Assembly (NCBI GenBank): GCA_051251915.1
Contig: JBPOGF010000001.1
Location: forward strand, 288,001-352,000
Direction of reading: 5' to 3'
Origin: Akkermansiaceae bacterium
GTDB lineage: Bacteria > Verrucomicrobiota > Verrucomicrobiia > Verrucomicrobiales > Akkermansiaceae
Length of the DNA stretch: 64,000 bases
The first letter of the stretch is position 1. Each line of letters begins with the position of its first letter. A program made the position numbers and the translations under genes. This document shows, piece by piece, positions 27,811-37,396 of this stretch. Below the pieces are notes generated by a model. It saw only the letters and a list, made by a program, of their open reading frames with translations, did not search any database and was not told the origin of the DNA.

Positions 27811-30800
27811 ATGACACTCAACGAAATTTTCCTCAAGGACGTAGGCCGACCTATCGATGGCGTTATCAAAGCAGACAGTTCCACAAGTCTGCAAAATGAA
27901 GTCGAAGAATACGTGCTGACTCAGGGAGTAGAGAAGAACCTCGAAACTTTCCTCTCTGCCTATAACAATTACGAAACAGCTAATGGTGTTTGGATCTCTG
28001 GTTTCTTTGGTTCTGGTAAATCGCACCTTCTCAAGATGCTTGCCTTCGTTCTGGAGAACCATCAGCTCGAAAATGGCAATACCGCAGACATTTTCCTAAC
28101 TAAGCTGAGCGACAACGAATTCCTCCGTGCGGATTTAGAAAAGGCAGTCAAGTTGCCATCCAAGAGCATTCTCTTTAATATCGACCAAAAAGCTGACACC
28201 AGCCAGAAAAACCAAGCTGATGCGCTGCTCTCTGTTTTCATGAAGGTCTTCAATGAAATGTGCGGTTACTACGGCAGGCAGCCCTACATCGCACAGTTCG
28301 AGCGTGATCTGGACTCTCGAGACCTCTTTCAGCCATTCCGTGAGGCCTTTGAGAAGCATGCAGGGAAATCCTGGGAGACTGGTCGTGAGCAAGTCATTTT
28401 CGAAGGTGAAAGTGTCGCCGCAGCTTACAGTGAAGTCACAGGTCAGTCTGCTGAGCATGGCAAGGGCATTTTAGATAAATACCGAGATGATCAGACCCTC
28501 ACCATTGAGGATTTTGCTAAGCATGTATATGACTACATCCAGCAACAGCCAGCAGGATTCCGTCTTAATTTCTTTGTCGATGAAGTAGGTCAATACATCG
28601 CTGACAACGTCAAGCTGATGACTAATCTGCAGACCGTGGCAGAGAGCCTTAATACCAAATGCCGCGGCCAAGCTTGGATCATCGTTACTGCGCAGCAAGA
28701 TATGCAAGCCGTGGTTGGAGAGCTGAAGGGTGGAGGGCCTAACGATTTTACCAAGATCATGGCACGCTTCTCTATCCGCATGAGCCTCACGAGTCAGAAT
28801 GTGGAAGAGGTCATTCAGAAGCGCCTGCTAAGCAAGGCAGAATCCGCGGAGCCTAGACTCACCAGCCTTTACGAGCAACAGGAGAATAACTTCAAGACAC
28901 TATTTGACTTTGCGGACGGCTCGGCGAACTACAAGAACTTCCAAGACCAAGAGCATTTTATCAATTGTTACCCGTTCATTCCCTACCAGTTTGATCTTTT
29001 TCAGGCTGCCATTGAGAATCTCTCGGTGCACAATGCTTTTACTGGTAAGCATGCGTCTGTGGGTGAGCGTTCTATGCTCGATGTCTTCCAGCGAGTTGCC
29101 ATCGAGATTCGCAAGGATGATATTGGCCGCCTTGCTACCTTTGACCGCATGTTCCACGGTATCCGTGCGACCTTGTTAGGGCCGATTCAGAGTCCTATTC
29201 TGAGAGCAGAAAAGCACCTCGATCACAACTCTACCGCGATTAGTTTACTCAAGGCACTGTTCCTAATTAAATTCGTCAAGGAATTCAAGCCCACTATCCG
29301 CAATCTCAGCATCCTCATGCTCGATAGCTTCACTACAGACCCTATCAAGCATCAGAAAAAAGTCGAAGAGGCTCTGAATATTCTGGAGAACCAGACATAC
29401 ATCCAGCGCAATGGTCCGCATTACGAGTATCTCACCAACGAAGAAAAAAACGTCGAAGAAGCCATCAAAAGCACCTCAGTAGATCATCAAGACAACATCA
29501 AGTTGCTCGATGACATCATCTTTGATAAAATCCTTAACTCACGTAAAATCCGCTTTGAGGACAACAAGCAAGACTTCAGCTTCGGTAAGAAGATCGATGA
29601 CAATGCATGCTCACAGCAGCAGGAACTCACCATTCACGTCATCTCACCATTCTCTGAACACGCGGGTGACTACACCACTATCCAGTCACACAGCACCGGA
29701 CGGGATGAGCTCGTCATCGCTCTGCCTGCTGATGACCGTTTAGCCAAGGATCTTGCACTCTATCTCAAGACTGAGAAATACATACGGATCAATTCCTCTA
29801 ACAGCATTCAGGAATCAGTCAGGCGTATTCTCATCGAGCGTCAGGAGCAGAATAAGAATCGCTTTCAGAACCTCCGCACAGCACTTGCCGAATATATCAC
29901 TAACGCTAAAATATTTGTCGCCGGCACTGCAATCGATGCTCCATCACAAGACGCCAAGAGCTGTATCATCCTGGCATTCAATCAGCTTATCGACCGCACT
30001 TATACTAATCTCAAGCTTCTTCGTGGCCACGGCTACGCCGAGACAGACATAGCCTCCATTCTCAGCACCGACATGCTCAGTGGAGATAGTGGTGAGGTGT
30101 ATGAACCAGAGCGTGAAATCCTTAATTTTCTTCAGCTCCAGAAGACCCAGAGCCTGCGCACCACCATCAAGAGTATTGTTGATCACTTCGAGCGCAAGCC
30201 CTATGGCTGGAGCTACCCGGCCATCCTCTGCCAGCTTGCTCATCTCGTCAGAAAAAACAAGATAGAGCTCACTCAAGATGCGCACATGATCGATGTCAGT
30301 GAGGTCGAGTCCACACTGCGCAATGGCCAGCGCCATACCCAAGTCCACGTGCAGACGCTCAGCACATACACGAATAAGCAGATCCGTGACCTAAAGGACT
30401 TCCACAATGAATTCTTTAACAAGACACCTAGCACAGATGCCAAGCAGCTGGCTTTAGACACCATTGATGGCTTTTCTACTCGTCATCAAGATCTGGAATT
30501 ATTACTGGCACAGGAGCGGAGTTATCCATTCCTAGCCCAGCTACGTGAGTTCAGCACTGAGATTGGCGATATTAAAAACAAGACCTACACCTGGTGCTAC
30601 GAGAAACTCCCGAAGCTATCTGAAGATCTGCTTGCAGATAAAGAAGAACTCTACGATCCCATCAGCGCCTTCATGACTGGTTCCCAGCGTGAGAACTATG
30701 ACGCCGCAGTGAAGCTTCTCGCCAACAATGAATCAAACTTCACCCACCCAGCAAATGCCCAGCTTGCCAGCGAGCTAAAGACCCTCACCGCTGCCAAGGA

Positions 30801-31344
30801 TATCTACATTGGCAGACAGTCCACTCAGCTTAAATCTCTCACCGATCAGCTAGAAAACCTACTCAATCAGCAGCTAGAGCAAGAGCGTAAGAAAGCTCTA
30901 GACATCCTCCACGACAAGGAAAACAAACTCGTAGAGCTAGAGAACTTCACCAAGTTCACAGAAAGCGAACAGCAAAACATCCGCCAAATCATCCGCAGTG
31001 TAGAAGCATCCATCAAGACTCAGCATCTTCAAGGCCTGATTCGTGACTCTATCCGCAGTTTTGAAGACAGCACCTACCAGCAGATCCTCCAGAAAATCAT
31101 CGCCGGACCGCCAACAAAGTCCCAGATCGACTACAAAGAAGCATTAGCCAAAGATGATGAAAAGAAAGGCACTGATAAAAGCCAGATCAACGACGCCCGC
31201 AACACCACCATCGCCCTCCGAGACCTCAAGCCCAGCTATAGTAGTCCCATCTTGAGTAATGAGCAGGATATTGATACCTATTTAGAAGCTTTGAAGAACG
31301 CAATGCTCTCCGAAATAAACGATAAGCGGAAAATCATGTTGTAG
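27811..31344 (+). CDS. brxC: BREX P-loop ATPase BrxC
   Basis: R.IDGVIKAD, EEYV.T, Walker A GFFGSGKS, Walker B FFVDEVGQY, YPFIPYQ and PYGW. ATG at 27811 preferred over the track start at 27772. Confidence 0.93.
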   Translation: MTLNEIFLKDVGRPIDGVIKADSSTSLQNEVEEYVLTQGVEKNLETFLSAYNNYETANGVWISGFFGSGKSHLLKMLAFVLENHQLENGNTADIFLTKLSDNEFLRADLEKAVKLPSKSILFNIDQKADTSQKNQADALLSVFMKVFNEMCGYYGRQPYIAQFERDLDSRDLFQPFREAFEKHAGKSWETGREQVIFEGESVAAAYSEVTGQSAEHGKGILDKYRDDQTLTIEDFAKHVYDYIQQQPAGFRLNFFVDEVGQYIADNVKLMTNLQTVAESLNTKCRGQAWIIVTAQQDMQAVVGELKGGGPNDFTKIMARFSIRMSLTSQNVEEVIQKRLLSKAESAEPRLTSLYEQQENNFKTLFDFADGSANYKNFQDQEHFINCYPFIPYQFDLFQAAIENLSVHNAFTGKHASVGERSMLDVFQRVAIEIRKDDIGRLATFDRMFHGIRATLLGPIQSPILRAEKHLDHNSTAISLLKALFLIKFVKEFKPTIRNLSILMLDSFTTDPIKHQKKVEEALNILENQTYIQRNGPHYEYLTNEEKNVEEAIKSTSVDHQDNIKLLDDIIFDKILNSRKIRFEDNKQDFSFGKKIDDNACSQQQELTIHVISPFSEHAGDYTTIQSHSTGRDELVIALPADDRLAKDLALYLKTEKYIRINSSNSIQESVRRILIERQEQNKNRFQNLRTALAEYITNAKIFVAGTAIDAPSQDAKSCIILAFNQLIDRTYTNLKLLRGHGYAETDIASILSTDMLSGDSGEVYEPEREILNFLQLQKTQSLRTTIKSIVDHFERKPYGWSYPAILCQLAHLVRKNKIELTQDAHMIDVSEVESTLRNGQRHTQVHVQTLSTYTNKQIRDLKDFHNEFFNKTPSTDAKQLALDTIDGFSTRHQDLELLLAQERSYPFLAQLREFSTEIGDIKNKTYTWCYEKLPKLSEDLLADKEELYDPISAFMTGSQRENYDAAVKLLANNESNFTHPANAQLASELKTLTAAKDIYIGRQSTQLKSLTDQLENLLNQQLEQERKKALDILHDKENKLVELENFTKFTESEQQNIRQIIRSVEASIKTQHLQGLIRDSIRSFEDSTYQQILQKIIAGPPTKSQIDYKEALAKDDEKKGTDKSQINDARNTTIALRDLKPSYSSPILSNEQDIDTYLEALKNAMLSEINDKRKIML

Positions 31345-31421
31345 TGGGATCTTATTTACTACTCAATAGCTAAGCGAATCATCTACCTAGGCACAATACT
31401 AATACTGAAGTAATTACTCTT

Positions 31422-32534
31422 ATGATAGACAAAATATATCTCACAAACTTTTCAACCTTCCGAGATTTAGATGTAGATTTCTCCTCACAAATTAATGTGA
31501 TTATAGGAGAGAATGGATGTGGCAAAACTCAGTTGCTTAAGTCGATCTACGCCGCAAATCAAGCTGCGGTTGTTCTTAATCAGAAACCTAAAGATATAAG
31601 AAGAGTTCTTCTTTCTATTTTCCTGAACATCTTCAACCCATCTGAAGAAAAGATAAGCTTCCTTAGAAATAGAGAGACTACGGACGAGAGCTATATGAAA
31701 GTAGCTCTCTCTGACGGGGCTAAGTTTGAGATAAACTTTAACTATAAAAACGAATTCCCTCATGTTACTCTTGAGCATTCAATCAATAACACTGATGCTG
31801 GGGTATTTATTCCTACTAAAGAAGTGTTATCCTTTATTAATGCATATTTGTTTGATGAGGATATTCAAAAGAAAATTCATCAGTTTTTTGATGCTACCTA
31901 CCTAGATCTCATTAAGAAAATTGCTCAGCCTGAGAATGAAGAAGTAGAGGAGCGTGTGCAATGGATGATTTCCAATCTTACCAATAAAGTCGGCGGGCTC
32001 TTTAAAGTAGAAGATAATGAAATTACTTTCAGAAAGGGGATATTTGAGGAATACAAGAAGACCAAAGAACGACAATCGTATCATGAGTATTTTAAGCCTA
32101 TCGCGGAAGATAATTATTCGATGCAATTTACTGCTGAGGGCTTTAAAAAACTAGGTGTTTTACAGATGTTACTGGGGGCAAATCATCTTGGCACGGGCAC
32201 AAACGGAACACTTGTATGGGATGAACCAGAGTCAAATCTGAACCCTCAGCTTATGGAGTGTCTAGTGCAGGCTCTGTTAGATCTCGCAGCTACTGGACAG
32301 CAAATCATTCTTGCCACACATGACTACGTTTTACTTAAATGGTTCGACCTACTAGCCGATTCTAAGAAAGATCAACATATTCGCTACCACGTATTACACA
32401 GAGATGAAGAGACGAACCAAATAGGTATTAAAAGTTCAGATAATTATTTAAATCTCGAACCTAACTCTATTTCGAAAACGTTTAATGAAATCACCATGGC
32501 ACAATTAGAAAAAAGCATGGGAGGTTCTGAATGA
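31422..32534 (+). CDS. ABC-type (AAA_15/AAA_21-like) ATPase embedded in BREX
   Basis: Walker A GENGCGKT, signature-like AEGFKK, Walker B/D-loop VWDEPESNLNP, H-loop ATHD; AT-rich. Confidence 0.85.
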   Translation: MIDKIYLTNFSTFRDLDVDFSSQINVIIGENGCGKTQLLKSIYAANQAAVVLNQKPKDIRRVLLSIFLNIFNPSEEKISFLRNRETTDESYMKVALSDGAKFEINFNYKNEFPHVTLEHSINNTDAGVFIPTKEVLSFINAYLFDEDIQKKIHQFFDATYLDLIKKIAQPENEEVEERVQWMISNLTNKVGGLFKVEDNEITFRKGIFEEYKKTKERQSYHEYFKPIAEDNYSMQFTAEGFKKLGVLQMLLGANHLGTGTNGTLVWDEPESNLNPQLMECLVQALLDLAATGQQIILATHDYVLLKWFDLLADSKKDQHIRYHVLHRDEETNQIGIKSSDNYLNLEPNSISKTFNEITMAQLEKSMGGSE

Positions 32535-33061
32535 GTGATAGAATACTGGTAGAGGACGATATTGAAATAGATTTTTCTACGTCTCTAGACGCTTTCGTCT
32601 TTGATGATATGGAAAAAAGTTCGCCAGGTTATCATGAAGTAGGTCAATTATGTCGTGTTGATTTTATCGTGGAGGAGGAATCGCGTATCTACTTCATAGA
32701 GCTAAAGGACCCAGAACACCCTCGTTCAACGCCAAGATCTAGGACTAAATTTCAGAATAAGCTCGGTCATTCAGACTTCCACCAATCCTTTGTAGCTAAA
32801 TATATGGAAACGTTCATGTATCGTTGGTGCGAATCTAAAGCTGATAAAGAAATACATTTTGTTATACTTATTAATATCGAGGGTGGTTTATTACCTAACT
32901 TAAGAGATCAAATAGATAGGAAATTACCATTCCACAGCTTACGATGTACCAGATGGATTAGGAAAATGGTGGCAAGCTGTAACGTACTTAATCTAGAGCA
33001 ATGGAATGCTTCTTCTTTAGGTAAGAAGTGGCCAGCTAAACGAATATCTACAGCATCATAA
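32531..33061 (+). CDS. Putative PD-(D/E)xK-fold nuclease, partner of the ATPase
   Basis: 176 aa; VDFIVE...YFIELKD fits D-x(n)-E-x-K; ATGA overlap with the ATPase stop. Confidence 0.6.
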   Translation: MSDRILVEDDIEIDFSTSLDAFVFDDMEKSSPGYHEVGQLCRVDFIVEEESRIYFIELKDPEHPRSTPRSRTKFQNKLGHSDFHQSFVAKYMETFMYRWCESKADKEIHFVILINIEGGLLPNLRDQIDRKLPFHSLRCTRWIRKMVASCNVLNLEQWNASSLGKKWPAKRISTAS

Positions 33062-33083
33062 TATTTTCACAAATTTTTATACC

Positions 33084-36000
33084 ATGGCAATTAACACAAC
33101 TAAACTCAAGAAGTTTGCTCAATACGCTAGATTAGAGCTGATCAAGCAGGTCTCCACTAAGCTCTCTAATGCGCTCGCTATAGATAGTTCTGCACGTAGA
33201 GAGCATCCTAAAGCAGTTAAGGCAATAGAAAGCGAGCTTGATGAACTAGGTAATAAGGAAAACCTCATAGAGCAAGTCGCCTACACTTGGTTTAATCGCT
33301 TCTGTGCTTTACGCTTTATGGATGTGAATGGCTATGCGGCTGGGGGGATTCAGGTGCTCTCGCCGGTGCTGGGTGAGTTTCAGCCAGAGATTCTTAGTGA
33401 GGCTAAGTCTGGGAATCTGAGTGCTATCGATAGCTCAGAGATTCAGCAAAAGGTCGCTGGCTTGCTGGCTGGGAGTATCAAGAGTCACGATGCCCAGGGC
33501 GAGGCCTACCGGCTCATCGTTACGGCGGTTTGTAATGCCTGGCACGCGGAGATGCCTTACCTGTTTGAGAAGATTGCCGACTACACTGAGCTTCTCATGC
33601 CGGATGATCTGCTGTCTGGGAACTCTATCATCTCCTACATCCGTGAAGCGATGACTCCGGCGGACTGCGAAGACGTAGAGGTGATTGGCTGGCTGTATCA
33701 GTTTTATATCTCGGAGAAGAAGGATGATGTCTTTGCGCAGCTGAAGAAGAATAAAAAGATCACCCCAGAGAATATCCCGGCGGCGACTCAGCTCTTCACC
33801 CCGCACTGGATCGTCCGCTATCTGGTGGAGAACTCCCTCGGGCGGCTCTGGATGCTGAATCACCCAGATTCTAAACTGGTAGACGAAATGGACTACTACA
33901 TCGCTCCTGATGCTCCTGATGCTCCTGATGCTGCTCCTGATGCTGCTCCTGATGCTGCCGCTGATGCTGATGCTGATGCTGATGCTGATGCTGATGCTGG
34001 CCAGCCTGCTGGGGATGATTTCCTCAAAGTAAGTTCCCCAGAGGAGCTCAAGATCTGTGATCCTGCTTGTGGTTCTGGGCATATTCTTACCTATGCCTTT
34101 GATCTGCTCTACGCTATCTATGATGAAGCTGGCTATGCGGCTACTGAGATCCCAGCGCTGATCCTCACGCACAATCTCTACGGCATAGAGATCGATGCCC
34201 GGGCGGGAGCGCTGGCGGCATTTGCCCTCAGCATGAAGGCGAGAGCCAAGCACCGTCGCTTCTTTAGAAATCCTATCCAGCCGAATATCTGTGTGTTGGA
34301 AAATGTCAGCTTTGAGGAGGGTGAGCTCGCTCCCTACATCGCAGACATTGGTGTGCAGCTCATCAGCACCCCACTGCGCACCACGCTGCACCAGTTTGCG
34401 GATACAGACAACTTTGGCTCGCTGATCCGCCCCGCACTGACAGACACCGCAGAGCTCACCGCCGCCCTGCAGGACAAGCACTTTGGCGACCTCCTGCTCA
34501 GCAGTGTCCACCAGAGAGTGCTCCGTGTGCTTCGGCAGGCAGACTACCTCAGCCCCAAGTATCACTGCGTCATCGCCAATCCTCCCTACATGGGCGGCAA
34601 AGGCATGAACCCGAAACTGGCGAAATGGCTTAAAGAGGAATACCCAGATGTGAAGTCAGATCTCTTTTCTGCATTTATAGTGCGTAACACTGAAATGACA
34701 CTGCCGAAAGGTCAGCTGGGCTTCATGACTCCCTTTGTCTGGATGTTCATCTCCTCTTACGAGAAATTACGTAGCTTCCTCATTAAGCAGAAAACGATTA
34801 CCTCGCTGGTGCAGCTGGAATACTCTGGTTTCGATGGAGCCACCGTGCCTATCTGCACCTTCACGCTGGAAAATAGTCATCAGCCGGAGTTTAAAGGTGG
34901 ATATGTCAAGCTCTCTGACTTCCGAGGCTCCGACCAACAAGGCCCACGCACCCTCGAAGCCATCCAAAACCCAAACTGCGGCTGGTTCCACCGAGCCTCC
35001 GCCGAGGATTTCCGAAAGATACCAGGAAGTCCAATTGCCTTCTGGCTTGGTGAGAACACATTTACTTTTCTGGATCGTTCGCAGCGATTGGGGGAGATAG
35101 CTGATGCCAGAATGGGCTTAGCTACAGGAAATAATAGTAGATATGTTCGCGTTTGGCACGAGGTATCAAGGAGTAACACTGGATTTGGTGCCGAAAATAG
35201 AGAATACGCATTAGCAAGTGGTACGCGATGGTTCCCTTATTCTAAAGGTGGGCAATTTCGTAAATGGTATGGGAATAACGAATTTCTGGTTGAATGGTTA
35301 AACGATGGGAGAGCGCTTCAAAATACCCTTCATCCCGACGGTCATCGAATCTGGGCGCATAACTTTAACCTTGATCACATTTTTGAGGACGGCATCACTT
35401 GGTCAGATATTACTTCAGGATTCCTTTCAGTTCGCTGGAACGAAAAGGGACATCTTTTTGATGGATCTGGAACAAGTGCCTTTTTTGAAAATCAAGAAGA
35501 TAAAATCTTGTCAATAACTCTCCTAAACACAAAATTCGCGCAACAATTTTCAAAAGCGTTGAACCCTACACTCCATTTTCAAACGGGAGATTTCAGAAAT
35601 TTTCCGTTTGCGAGACTGGAAAACATGGATTACATAGAACACTCCCATAGCGCCATATCTCTGGCTCGTGCCGACTGGGACGCCTACGAAACCTCCTGGG
35701 ATTTCACCATACTCCAGCTGCTCCAACCCGACCACCGCGCCGAGACGCTGAAGGACAGCTACGCCACTCTCCGCAGCCACTGGCAGTCCATGACGGAGCA
35801 GATGCAGCAGTTGGAGGAAGAGAACAACCGCATCTTTATCGATGCCTACGGCTTGCAAGATGAGCTGGAGCCAGATGTGCCGCTGCGCGAGATCACGCTG
35901 ACCTGTAATCCGCACTACCGCTACCGAGGCGACAACACCGCTGAGGAACTAGAAGCCAAGTTACTGACAGACACCGCTGCCGAGTTCCTCTCCTACGCAG

Positions 36001-36749
36001 TAGGCTGCATGATGGGCCGCTACAGTCTGGATGCCCCGGGCCTTATTTTAGCCAATGCTGGTGACACGCTGCAGGATTACCTAGAGAAACTTGGCAAATC
36101 TGAAGCCGAGATTAGCTTCATGCCAGATGATGACGGCATCATCCCTGTGCTGGATGGTGAATGGTTTGAGGATGACATCACCGAGCGGATGAAGAGCTTT
36201 CTGAAAGTAAGCTTCGGCACCGAGCACTATGAGGAAAACCTAGAGTGGCTAGAAAACGCGCTCTACCCAGCGAATCTGGAAGGCAAGAAGCGCAAATGCC
36301 TGCGAGACTACTTCCTGAAAGATTTCTACTCAGACCACGTTAAGACCTATAAGAAGCGCCCCATTTACTGGCTCTTCTCCAGCCCCAAGGGCAGTTTCAA
36401 TGCCCTAGTCTATCTCCACCGCTATACCAAAGACACCGCCAGCTTAGTGCTGAATGACTACCTCCGCGAGTTCAAGACCAAGCTCAGCGCCAAGCTAGAA
36501 AACCTAGAACAGCTAGACATCAGCGCAGACGCCACCAAGACCGAGAAAACCAAAGCCCTAAGAGATATCACCGACATCCAGAAAGTCCTCAAGGAACTAG
36601 ACGAATGGGAAGCCAGCGTCCTCTACCCACTAGCCCAACAACAAATCCCACTAGACCTAGATGACGGAGTCCTAGTGAACTATAATAAGCTCAAGACAGA
36701 TAAGGGCCTAGCCCTGAAAAAGATCACCGGACTTACGGGCAAGGTTTGA
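33084..36749 (+). CDS. pglX: BREX-1 adenine-specific DNA methyltransferase PglX (BrxX)
   Basis: AYTWFNR, IGWLYQFY, PAATQLFTPHWIVRYLVENSLG, motif I DPACGSGH, motif IV NPPY, KRPIYW, LDLDDGV.VNY. Confidence 0.95.
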   Translation: MAINTTKLKKFAQYARLELIKQVSTKLSNALAIDSSARREHPKAVKAIESELDELGNKENLIEQVAYTWFNRFCALRFMDVNGYAAGGIQVLSPVLGEFQPEILSEAKSGNLSAIDSSEIQQKVAGLLAGSIKSHDAQGEAYRLIVTAVCNAWHAEMPYLFEKIADYTELLMPDDLLSGNSIISYIREAMTPADCEDVEVIGWLYQFYISEKKDDVFAQLKKNKKITPENIPAATQLFTPHWIVRYLVENSLGRLWMLNHPDSKLVDEMDYYIAPDAPDAPDAAPDAAPDAAADADADADADADAGQPAGDDFLKVSSPEELKICDPACGSGHILTYAFDLLYAIYDEAGYAATEIPALILTHNLYGIEIDARAGALAAFALSMKARAKHRRFFRNPIQPNICVLENVSFEEGELAPYIADIGVQLISTPLRTTLHQFADTDNFGSLIRPALTDTAELTAALQDKHFGDLLLSSVHQRVLRVLRQADYLSPKYHCVIANPPYMGGKGMNPKLAKWLKEEYPDVKSDLFSAFIVRNTEMTLPKGQLGFMTPFVWMFISSYEKLRSFLIKQKTITSLVQLEYSGFDGATVPICTFTLENSHQPEFKGGYVKLSDFRGSDQQGPRTLEAIQNPNCGWFHRASAEDFRKIPGSPIAFWLGENTFTFLDRSQRLGEIADARMGLATGNNSRYVRVWHEVSRSNTGFGAENREYALASGTRWFPYSKGGQFRKWYGNNEFLVEWLNDGRALQNTLHPDGHRIWAHNFNLDHIFEDGITWSDITSGFLSVRWNEKGHLFDGSGTSAFFENQEDKILSITLLNTKFAQQFSKALNPTLHFQTGDFRNFPFARLENMDYIEHSHSAISLARADWDAYETSWDFTILQLLQPDHRAETLKDSYATLRSHWQSMTEQMQQLEEENNRIFIDAYGLQDELEPDVPLREITLTCNPHYRYRGDNTAEELEAKLLTDTAAEFLSYAVGCMMGRYSLDAPGLILANAGDTLQDYLEKLGKSEAEISFMPDDDGIIPVLDGEWFEDDITERMKSFLKVSFGTEHYEENLEWLENALYPANLEGKKRKCLRDYFLKDFYSDHVKTYKKRPIYWLFSSPKGSFNALVYLHRYTKDTASLVLNDYLREFKTKLSAKLENLEQLDISADATKTEKTKALRDITDIQKVLKELDEWEASVLYPLAQQQIPLDLDDGVLVNYNKLKTDKGLALKKITGLTGKV
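33903..33998 (+). repeat. In-frame compound tandem repeat in pglX: (GCTCCTGAT)3 (GCTGCTCCTGAT)2 GCTGCC (GCTGAT)6 GCT
   Basis: Read directly; encodes APDAPDAPDAAPDAAPDAAADADADADADADA. Confidence 0.95.
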
Positions 36750-36751
36750 GG

Positions 36752-36786
36752 AAGGATAAAGGTGAAAGGATAAAGTATTAAGGTGA
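36752..36786. repeat. Degenerate heptamer tandem repeat (aaggata aaggtga aaggata aagtatt aaggtga)
   Basis: Five 7-nt units starting 2 nt after the pglX stop codon. Confidence 0.75.
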
Positions 36787-36856
36787 AGTGGGTGTGATTT
36801 ATGAGAATAGACTTTGTTCGTATAGAGTTTTGTATAAAATATCTAAGGTGAAGAAC

Positions 36857-37342
36857 ATGACAGACATAGTGGACAAAGATCAGGATAAAAGTGATAAAGA
36901 TCGCTTACTTTTCACGAAGCAAACGCTGGCTATGAATACGCAGCAGTTCGCTAGTGTTCTAGGTGTGTCTATGACGACGTTGTATGATTGGATAGACTGT
37001 AAAGCAATTATTTCACTAACGGAACGCAAAGCAATGGTTAGCTTAGAAGAGCTGGCGAAGCTATGGCAAAGACTTTCTAATCGAAGACTGCGGCAATCCA
37101 TCATGCAACAAGGGGGAACTCTGGATGAATTCTATGCTATTCTCAGTTCAAAAAGTGGGGAGAGATTTGATCATGCAGAAGCTTACCTCGTGGAGCTGGC
37201 CAGCAAGGTGAGGCCTATAAGGAAAATTAAGTTAGGTGAGCTGATCAGGAATGGTAAGTTGGAGGCATTACCAGATCACATACGACGTGCTGAGCAAGGG
37301 ACACGTATGCCATGTGTGAGTTTAAATCAGGCAATAAGATAA
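36857..37342 (+). CDS. XRE-type helix-turn-helix protein embedded in BREX
   Basis: LAMNTQQFASVLGVSMTTLYDWID fits an XRE HTH. ATG at 36857 preferred over the track GTG at 36788. Confidence 0.65.
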   Translation: MTDIVDKDQDKSDKDRLLFTKQTLAMNTQQFASVLGVSMTTLYDWIDCKAIISLTERKAMVSLEELAKLWQRLSNRRLRQSIMQQGGTLDEFYAILSSKSGERFDHAEAYLVELASKVRPIRKIKLGELIRNGKLEALPDHIRRAEQGTRMPCVSLNQAIR

Positions 37343-37396
37343 ATTTTACTAGCCCACTTCTTTCCTATTTCAGTTTCAACTTAATTATACAACACT

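Noticed and set aside
31422..33061. Calling the nested pair PARIS, Septu or Gabija
   Set aside because: No TOPRIM, HNH or UvrD motifs are recognisable in the partner; left unnamed pending an HMM search.
33435..34565. 376-aa antisense ORF with SISISI/SIRS repeats
   Set aside because: It is antisense to pglX, and its repeats are just the reverse complement of the pglX tandem repeat.
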